The notes beneath the pieces are model-generated. The model saw nothing but the letters and a program-made list of their open reading frames with translations. It did not search any database and was not told where the DNA came from. A DNA stretch of 59,149 nucleotides from a virus (lineage: Duplodnaviria > Caudoviricetes): positions 1 through 59,149 of IMG/VR virus record IMGVR_UViG_3300018465_000001. One strand, 5' to 3'. This document shows, piece after piece, positions 52,177 to 59,149 of the stretch (its first letter is position 1; every line of letters begins with the position of its first letter). A program made the position numbers and the translations under genes.

Positions 52177-55100
52177 TCATTTCTCGTAGCACTTGCTCCA
52201 GTCCGTGCCGGTCCGGCTCACATCCGCCAGGATGGGCACGCCGCGCCACTCGAACGACAGGGCCTCTACCACCGTGCGGCCGATCTCCTCGGCCCGGTCG
52301 GCCGGAACGCTCAGCACGATCTCGTCGTGGACCTGAGCACGAAGCATGGGGAGGATCTCCGCCGGGAGCCGAAGCAGGCCGGTCATCATGATGTCCCGGG
52401 CCGCGCCCTGGCCCATCAGCGCCGGGCCCTGGGTGTGGGCGCGCTGGGGATCGGGCCGCATCTTGCGGCCGAACCCGTTGTCCAGCAGAGCGCCGGACTC
52501 GGCCAGTGCACGGACCTCCTCGCGCCACTCCACCAGGCGGCCGAACCGCTCCCGCATCGACTGGTCGAACTGAGCCACCAGGCGCGGCTCGATGTCGTTC
52601 TCGGCCGAGATCCGGCGCAAGCTCTCCCCGTAGTTCCAGCCGTGACCAATCGCCTTGGCCTGCTCGCGGTACTCCTTACTACCGAACAGAGCGATAGCCA
52701 GTTCGGAGTGTGGGTCCTCGGACTTCAGCATCTCGATGTAGGCCTGGTCCTGGGACAGACCGGCCACGGCCCGCATGTCGACCTGACTGAGGTCGGCCGA
52801 GATCAGCACTTGACCCGGGTCGGGGAGGAGCACCGCGCGTTCCACGTGGCGGCCGCCGCGCTTGCCCATGACGGTCAGACCGGGCTCGGTCAGGCTCCAT
52901 CTCCCCGTGGCCTGGCGGAACGACACCCGGGGGTGGACCCGGCCGTCCGGCATGGTGTGGTTCTGGATCGTCTCGTAGACCGACCGGGCCGACACGATCC
53001 GGTAGACCGCCGTGCAGAGCTTGCGGAGGTCCGGAGACTTCTGGCCGTACTCCCGGCCGTAGAACCGCATCGCGTCCGCCGAGAGCTGGAGGTCCCCGGA
53101 CTTCGGCGTACGCCACAAGGCCTTGTCCGGAACCCCGAGGTCCGTCAGCGCCTTGCCGATCGCCTCCTTGCCCGCCTTGGTCGCCAGCGGGCTCTTGTAC
53201 GCCGTGCCCTTGCCGTCCGCCAACGGCACCCCGAACCGGGCGGCCAGGTAGGCCAGGGCCTTCTCCTTGGTCTGCTGGATCTCCGTCACCCGCTCGGCCA
53301 GCAGCTTCTCGTCCACCCGGAACCCGTTGTGCGTGATCTGGGCGGCGATGGCGGCCACCCGGTGTTCCCGCTTCACGTACTCCGGCACGACGCCGTCCAG
53401 CTCGATCATCAACCGGGCGTGGAGCAACCGGCTCAGCTCCACGTCCCGGTTCATGTAGTCGATGAACAGGGCGGCATCGGCCGCGCGCTCGGTGCTCGGA
53501 TCGTTGACGTCGATAGGGATCTGGTCCCACCCGCCGTACTTCTTCTCCAGGCCGTGGCTGACGTCGGTCAGCTTCTCGCCCAGGCGGTACTTGGCGGCCA
53601 GCGTGCCCAGGTCGTACTTGCGGGCCGCGTCCACGCCCTTGTCCCGGGCCATCGGTGGGTCCAGGTACCGGGCGCCGATCAGGGCATCGAACACCCGACC
53701 GTCGGCCACCATCCGATGGACCTCGTCCATCGTCATGGCGCCGGACCGGACCAGGGCGGGGATGTCGAACGCCATGATGTTGTGGCCGGTGACCGTCCGA
53801 CCCCGCTTGATCTCGTGAGCCACGTACTGGGCCACGCGCTTGGTCGTGTGGGCATCCACGTCCTGGTCATCGCGCGCGGTCGCTCCGATCCGGACGTACG
53901 TCTCCGGGTCGGCCCGGTAGAGGTCACCGGCATCGCCGGTCTCCAGGTCGAACGTCACCACGCTGGGAACGTCAGGAAGCGCCCGGAAGTGGCCATCCGA
54001 TGTGTCCTCGTCCGGATCGATCTGGATCGGGCTCAACAGGCCGTGGCCTTCCTCAGTCGTGACCACGTTGACGGCCTCTACCTCGGGCTCGTGGCCGCAC
54101 ACGGTCGGGGCACAGTCAATCCACCCGGATACGTCAGGCCCACGGTCCACGCACACCCCGCCGTGGAGCGAGCAACCCAGCTTTCCGTCCCACTCGGTGT
54201 CCACCATTCCGGCCACCAGCGCCTCCAGTTCGTCCGTGATGCTCGGGGGCTGGTCGGTCTGTCCGCCGGTCAGGTCGGACTCGTCTGCGCCGCGTGCGTC
54301 CCCGTGCTCGTTGTACGGCGCCGGGTCCGGCTCAGGGATTGACACGTCAGTGTCATCCCACGGCGGGCTCTCCGGCTCGGGCTCCACCGGTGGCGCCGGG
54401 GGGAGGTCGTCGTCGGAGAACACCCGGTAGACGCTCACGTGGCCGTGGGCCGAACCGACGCGCTCCAGCCAGTGGTCCCCATACCTCCGGCCCCGGATGC
54501 GGCCGTACGCCTCCCCCAGAGCCTTGCCGTAGGTCTTTTCGCTCGGGTCGTCCAACTTGGGCGGGGCGAGGAAGGAGGCCGGATCGGTGAGGGCCTTCTC
54601 CCGGACCTGTGCGGTCTTGAAGGGACGATCGGCGAACTGGTCCCGCAGCCAGCCCAGGTGGCCGATCCAGTACTGGGAGTCGAAATCGGACTCGGAGCGC
54701 CAGACCTTGAGGTTGCCCAGGAAGTCGGCCATCCCGGCCGTTTCCACGATGCCGCCCACCATCCGTTCCCAGACCTCGAACGAGCCGAAGCTGACCCCCC
54801 GCTTCGGGTACGGGGCACCGGCGGCGTACCAGGCCCGGACCAGGGTGAGGATCGCGGTCAGCAGCTCCTTGCGGTGCTTGCGGGTCCAGCTCAGCAGATC
54901 GAGGCCGGACTGGCCGGGGTGCCGGAACGAACTGGCCGCCCGGTCCTGGGGGTTGGCGTACCGGGGCCGAAGTGCGATCCGGTAGACCCGGCGTGTGATG
55001 TCGCCCTTGACCTGGACGTTGTTGCCGAGGGACATCCAGGTCACCCGGTTGGGGAAGTGGGCCATGGTGCTCACGCCCAGGATCCGGTCCTGCCAGGTCT

Positions 55101-56643
55101 CGGCGGTCAGCGCCTGAGCCAGCGCCGCGCCCTCCAGGACCGGCGCCTCATCGAACACGAAGAACTCGGCGCCGGTGCGGAACGCGCTGGTGATCTGCTT
55201 ACGGAGTTCGTCCGGCTCGTTCACCCAGTTCATCGGCTGGGCCGCGTGGCCGGTGTAGACCGTGAGGATCGAGTCGGCCAGCAGGTTCTTGCCCACGCCC
55301 ATCTGCAGGCCGTCAACCACGGCCATCGGGGCGCGCGGCATCATGCCCCGGATCGTCGGGGTGATCACCAGGCCCAGGAGGTTGGCCCGGTCGGCCTCGG
55401 TGTCGACGGGGAAGTCCCCCAGCCACTCCTCCATGATCAGGTTTCGGGCCTGAGCGATCTGGTCGGCCGTCGGGCTCTCCGGAACCTCGATCCCCTCGAA
55501 TGCCTCGTCCGGCATGAGGATGGTCCTGGTTGTCTCGTCGTATCCGGGCTCGGTGACGATCGTTCCGTCGGGGCGGACGAACGGCGCGTGCGCCAGCCGC
55601 TCCAGCTTGGCGAACCGGTCGGACCGGCTCATGGTCGCGGCCATGGTGCCGGAGTCCGGCCAGGCGAACGAGTAGGTGGTGCCCTGGGCTCCCTCGTTCT
55701 CGTTCACCGTGACGGCCGTGGCCTGGACGATGTCGTGGAAGGACCCCCGGTCCACCGGGTGCATGGCGTCGTTGATGCGCCGGGAGATCACCCCGCCATG
55801 GCTGAACAGCTCGGTGGCGTTCCAGCGCTTGAGGAGAGCGTCGGTCAGGTCGTTGATCACCTCGTACCGGTCGCGGTTCACGATGAGGGTCGGTCGGTCG
55901 GCTCCCCCGGTCGGCACGGTCCCTCCCTTCTTGCGCGCCTTGGGCGCACGGTCGGCGGGCTTGGGCTTCGCGCCCTCGATCAGGCGGACCAGGTACGCGG
56001 CGCGCCGGTCGGCCGGTCGGCTGGCCAGGATGTCGTCCAGGCCGGACTTGCCGCCACCGGGGAGGCGGCCGAACAGCACCTTGTCTGCTCCCTCCATGGC
56101 CAGGGCCTCGGTCAGCCCCATCCCGGCGGAGTAGACGTCCGGGTTGGTGGCCGCGTCCGCGTCCAGGATCACGACCACCTTCTTGCCGTCCAGAACGGCC
56201 AGGTCGGGGATCGGCACCCCGTCGATCTGCCACATCCGGCATCCGGCGATCGAGTAGACGCTCATCCCGGCCGGTGCGTAGCTGGCCCCGGCCAGTCCCT
56301 GTTTGGTCCCCTCGATGATCAGCGCGGTGTCTGCGCCGTCCACCTCGCGCAAGGCCCACAGGACCGGCTCGGCCGCGCGGCCGAACACGTACTTGCGGGG
56401 CTTGCCGGTCTTCTGGTCCACGGTCGGGTTGTCCGGCCGGGCCTGGAACATGACCCGGCCGTCGGGGGAGGTCCAGGGGAAGAGGATGGCCGGGAAGTTG
56501 GCGAAGTTGACCCAGTTGTCGTCGCCGGTCGCCTCCATGTCGGCGCGGCTGTTGACGGTGCGCACACCCAGCTTCTCAGCCAGGTCGGGGTCCACGGCCT
56601 GGCTGGCGAGGTATGCCCGGTGCTCGGTGCTCAGGTTGGTCAC
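52177..56643 (-). CDS. Primase (TOPRIM) - SF3 helicase - family A DNA polymerase fusion
   Basis: IIEG.K, LDAD, GLDD (TOPRIM); G.GK, FDE, GNN (SF3); DLET, GHN..FD, Y...D (exo); ADLSQ, K...G..YG, QVHDE (PolA). Confidence 0.9.
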   Translation of the reverse strand: MTNLSTEHRAYLASQAVDPDLAEKLGVRTVNSRADMEATGDDNWVNFANFPAILFPWTSPDGRVMFQARPDNPTVDQKTGKPRKYVFGRAAEPVLWALREVDGADTALIIEGTKQGLAGASYAPAGMSVYSIAGCRMWQIDGVPIPDLAVLDGKKVVVILDADAATNPDVYSAGMGLTEALAMEGADKVLFGRLPGGGKSGLDDILASRPADRRAAYLVRLIEGAKPKPADRAPKARKKGGTVPTGGADRPTLIVNRDRYEVINDLTDALLKRWNATELFSHGGVISRRINDAMHPVDRGSFHDIVQATAVTVNENEGAQGTTYSFAWPDSGTMAATMSRSDRFAKLERLAHAPFVRPDGTIVTEPGYDETTRTILMPDEAFEGIEVPESPTADQIAQARNLIMEEWLGDFPVDTEADRANLLGLVITPTIRGMMPRAPMAVVDGLQMGVGKNLLADSILTVYTGHAAQPMNWVNEPDELRKQITSAFRTGAEFFVFDEAPVLEGAALAQALTAETWQDRILGVSTMAHFPNRVTWMSLGNNVQVKGDITRRVYRIALRPRYANPQDRAASSFRHPGQSGLDLLSWTRKHRKELLTAILTLVRAWYAAGAPYPKRGVSFGSFEVWERMVGGIVETAGMADFLGNLKVWRSESDFDSQYWIGHLGWLRDQFADRPFKTAQVREKALTDPASFLAPPKLDDPSEKTYGKALGEAYGRIRGRRYGDHWLERVGSAHGHVSVYRVFSDDDLPPAPPVEPEPESPPWDDTDVSIPEPDPAPYNEHGDARGADESDLTGGQTDQPPSITDELEALVAGMVDTEWDGKLGCSLHGGVCVDRGPDVSGWIDCAPTVCGHEPEVEAVNVVTTEEGHGLLSPIQIDPDEDTSDGHFRALPDVPSVVTFDLETGDAGDLYRADPETYVRIGATARDDQDVDAHTTKRVAQYVAHEIKRGRTVTGHNIMAFDIPALVRSGAMTMDEVHRMVADGRVFDALIGARYLDPPMARDKGVDAARKYDLGTLAAKYRLGEKLTDVSHGLEKKYGGWDQIPIDVNDPSTERAADAALFIDYMNRDVELSRLLHARLMIELDGVVPEYVKREHRVAAIAAQITHNGFRVDEKLLAERVTEIQQTKEKALAYLAARFGVPLADGKGTAYKSPLATKAGKEAIGKALTDLGVPDKALWRTPKSGDLQLSADAMRFYGREYGQKSPDLRKLCTAVYRIVSARSVYETIQNHTMPDGRVHPRVSFRQATGRWSLTEPGLTVMGKRGGRHVERAVLLPDPGQVLISADLSQVDMRAVAGLSQDQAYIEMLKSEDPHSELAIALFGSKEYREQAKAIGHGWNYGESLRRISAENDIEPRLVAQFDQSMRERFGRLVEWREEVRALAESGALLDNGFGRKMRPDPQRAHTQGPALMGQGAARDIMMTGLLRLPAEILPMLRAQVHDEIVLSVPADRAEEIGRTVVEALSFEWRGVPILADVSRTGTDWSKCYEK

Positions 56644-56707
56644 GCTCGGTTCCTTCCGATGAAACGACCGGCCCACCCCCGGTGGGCCGGTCCGTCGTTG
56701 TCCAGTG

Positions 56708-57379
56708 TCACGCGAGCGTGTCGAGAGCCTTGCCGATCTCCCGGCTGAGGAAGGTGATTCCACGTGCGGAGGTCATCTCGCAGACCCGGGTCACCTCGGG
56801 GTTGGACAGGATGACCCGGGTGTTGTCGATCCGGCGTGTCAGCTCGGCCACGTCGTTCTCCAGCTTGGCCAGCGCCTGACGGCCGAGCATGGCCACGTGT
56901 TGGTCACCGTCGCATCCGCCGGTGCACACGTGGGCCGTGCTGAATTTCAGATTGGCCTCGTCCCGCTGACGCCGAAGTTCTACGATCTCCCGGTGGTCGG
57001 CCTGACGCCCTTCCTCCAGCTCGGCCACCCGGCGCTCCAGCTCATTACGCTGGGCCCGGAACATGTCCGCGTCCTTCTCGCGCAGCTCCAGTTTCCCGGC
57101 GCACGTGGAGTGCTCCCGGGTGACCCGGTCGGCGCGGTTCCGCTCGGTGTGCCGGTCCTCGTCGTATCCCCGGACCTTCTCCTCCAGCTCGGAGACCCGG
57201 CCCCGGAGCTTGCCGATCTGCTCCAGGTGCATCTCCTCGTTGGTCTGGTACTGGTCGATCTCGGCCTGGGTGTAGACCCGGCTCTCGGCCACCTGGCGGA
57301 TCTCGGCACCGGACCCCGTGATCTCGATGGTCACGTGGTCGGCGTGGAACTCCTCCGCCGTTCTGATCCTGATCTCCAT
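56708..57379 (-). CDS. Coiled-coil hypothetical protein
   Basis: E/R/L-rich heptads; GGGGAG RBS. Confidence 0.7.
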   Translation of the reverse strand: MEIRIRTAEEFHADHVTIEITGSGAEIRQVAESRVYTQAEIDQYQTNEEMHLEQIGKLRGRVSELEEKVRGYDEDRHTERNRADRVTREHSTCAGKLELREKDADMFRAQRNELERRVAELEEGRQADHREIVELRRQRDEANLKFSTAHVCTGGCDGDQHVAMLGRQALAKLENDVAELTRRIDNTRVILSNPEVTRVCEMTSARGITFLSREIGKALDTLA

Positions 57380-57435
57380 GGACTCTCCCCGTCCTCAGAT
57401 GATGCGGGGGGACTGATCTCCCCCCGCCTTCAACG

Positions 57436-57726
57436 TTACCTTACAGCCCGGCCGGGCAAGTATGCAACCCGGCCGGTCACGCGGGCCTCGGACCTCCAGC
57501 CGTGGACCCGTTGAGCAAATCCGTCTTTCCAGCGCTCCCCGTACTGATCGTGAACCCACCGGAACGTGTATCCGTAGTGCCGGGCGAACCTGATCACCGA
57601 GTCCCGGGCCGCAGTCTGGAGGTCGGCCCCGGCCGGGTGGCGGTCCTCCCAGGCCACCCGGACGATGTAGTCCCCGACCTCCAGCGCCTTGTTGGCCTCA
57701 TCCTGGGGCCGTCCGTCGCTCGTCAT
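57436..57726 (-). CDS. Hypothetical protein
   Basis: ATGA overlap with the helicase stop. Confidence 0.6.
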   Translation of the reverse strand: MTSDGRPQDEANKALEVGDYIVRVAWEDRHPAGADLQTAARDSVIRFARHYGYTFRWVHDQYGERWKDGFAQRVHGWRSEARVTGRVAYLPGRAVR

Positions 57727-59149
57727 CGGGGAAGCATTCCCAGGCGCCGGAGCGCGTGACGGCCCGCGATCCGCGTGGAGAGATCGCTGGCCTCCCCTGC
57801 CGTCGCGATGCGGTCCAGCTTCTCGGACGGGAACCCCTGGCGGATCAGGCGTGCCTTCTGAGCCTCGGACGGCTTGTTCTTGCGCCACCGGGCGGATCGC
57901 TCGGCCAGCTTCTGGAACGCCTTGGCCCTGTCCTCCCCAATGCCCATGGCCCAGTCAGCCGGGATCTCGTCCTGGATCACGGTCAGTCGGTTGCCTTCGT
58001 AGGTGACCAGTTTCCACGCGTCGGTGCTGACCGGTGCCATCACCACGACCTCCTTACCGGCGGTCAGGCAGTACGCGCCACCGGGGAGGGGCAGCCAGGT
58101 CAGCCGGGACGCGCCGAACACGTCCACCTTGCCGCCACCGACGGCCCGGCAATTCTCGTGCCGGGTCCCGCCACCCAGGCAGATGTCCCGAGGGAGATAG
58201 CGCTGGCAGAGTCGGCACCGGTGCTCGGGGAAGTCGCACGGCACCTCGCAGCTCGGGCACGCCTGCTTCTCCCCCGGGCCCTTGCGCTCCACCGGCGCAT
58301 CCATGTCCAGCCCGAGGTCCACCAGGCCGACCAACTCGTGCCGGTTGCTGGCCCCCACGATGTCCAGGACCATCAGATCCTTCTTGGTGGGGTGGAGGCG
58401 GGTGCCCCGGCCGACCATCTGGACGTACAGCCCGTGGAACCGGGTGGGCCGGGCCACGACCACGCACGACACGGAGGGCTCGTCGAACCCCTCGGTGAGC
58501 ACGGCGCAGTTGACCACGACCTGGGTTTCACCGGTCTTGAGGCGCCGGAGGATCGCGCGCCGGAGTTCGGTCTCCGTCCCACCGTCCACGGCCTCGGCCG
58601 GGATGCCGCGCTTGCACAGCTCGGCCGCCAGGTGGTGCGCCGTGGCGATCGTCGGGGTGAAAGCCACGCCCTTCCGGTCGGCCGCGTGCTCCTTGTAGGC
58701 GTCCGCGATCTGCTCGATGGCGCCCGCGTCCTCCATGGCCTTGCCCAGGTCTCCGCCGGACAGGTCCCCGTCCGAGCCCTTGCGGACCTTGCCCATGTCC
58801 ATCTTGGTCTCGACCACCACGGCCGGAAGGATCGGGACGAGGTACCCGCCCTCCTCCCCCTTCTTGCGATCGCCGTAGATGGCTTCCCGGATTGACATGT
58901 AAGAGACAACCCGCTCCCACACGCCCAGGGTCTTGCCGTTGTCGCGCTCCGGGGTGGCTGTGAACCCGACGGTCAACGGGCCGTATTCGGACCAGGAGCC
59001 CATCCCCTGGAGAACCTTGGTCCAGGTCGGTGCCGGTGCGTGGTGGGCCTCGTCCACGATCAGCGTGCCGAACGGGGAGGACTTGGCACTCAGCGCCAGC
59101 TCAGCCAGCCGCTTGTCCCGGCTCACGGTCTGGACCGAGGCCACGACCA
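57723..59149 (-). CDS. SF2 helicase, C-terminal part, with Cys-rich Zn domain
   Basis: VDEAHH, FTATP.R, LTEGFD.P, QMVGRGTR. Confidence 0.9.
   Translation of the reverse strand, partial: VVASVQTVSRDKRLAELALSAKSSPFGTLIVDEAHHAPAPTWTKVLQGMGSWSEYGPLTVGFTATPERDNGKTLGVWERVVSYMSIREAIYGDRKKGEEGGYLVPILPAVVVETKMDMGKVRKGSDGDLSGGDLGKAMEDAGAIEQIADAYKEHAADRKGVAFTPTIATAHHLAAELCKRGIPAEAVDGGTETELRRAILRRLKTGETQVVVNCAVLTEGFDEPSVSCVVVARPTRFHGLYVQMVGRGTRLHPTKKDLMVLDIVGASNRHELVGLVDLGLDMDAPVERKGPGEKQACPSCEVPCDFPEHRCRLCQRYLPRDICLGGGTRHENCRAVGGGKVDVFGASRLTWLPLPGGAYCLTAGKEVVVMAPVSTDAWKLVTYEGNRLTVIQDEIPADWAMGIGEDRAKAFQKLAERSARWRKNKPSEAQKARLIRQGFPSEKLDRIATAGEASDLSTRIAGRHALRRLGMLPR
59027..59149. repeat. Terminal overlap copy of 1-123
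   Basis: Exact identity. Confidence 0.95.

Noticed and set aside
54439-56748. Long + strand ORFs (e.g. 54439-56748, 52174-54342, 48103-50526, 38136-40154, 20993-23158)
   Set aside because: Shadow ORFs of high-GC minus-strand genes with no recognisable motifs, unlike 36352-37086

Overview
This window appears to be a complete ~59.0 kb tailed-phage genome (siphovirus-like) from a high-GC actinomycete host that cannot be named from the sequence. Bases 1-123 are identical to 59027-59149, so it is a circular assembly of 59,026 bp. Most genes are on the minus strand. Replication and recombination genes: SF2 helicase spanning the junction, a primase-SF3 helicase-PolA fusion, YqaJ-type exonuclease, RuvC-like resolvase and two OB-fold paralogs. 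Packaging and lysis: terminase, endolysin and holin. Virion: portal, MuF, protease, capsid, tail, tape measure, twin His-rich tail proteins and a glycosyltransferase/methyltransferase cluster. Small accessory cassettes with their own SigA/HrdB-type promoters interrupt the structural operon. I recognised no integrase, ParA/B or CRISPR array. Main highlights: (1) the intein in the MuF gene has no in-frame homing endonuclease, but the OPPOSITE strand, entirely inside the intein, encodes an HTH + DUF559/Vsr-like nuclease with its own RBS and extended -10; (2) at least 25 copies of a 16-bp palindrome TGAC-N8-GTCA are spread genome-wide over promoters, stop codons and inside genes; (3) a tRNA-like element lies in a long structured leader; (4) two related inverted-repeat elements sit about half a genome apart, one next to two primase-type winged-helix paralogs. 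All protein calls come from motifs recognised by eye; no searches were run.
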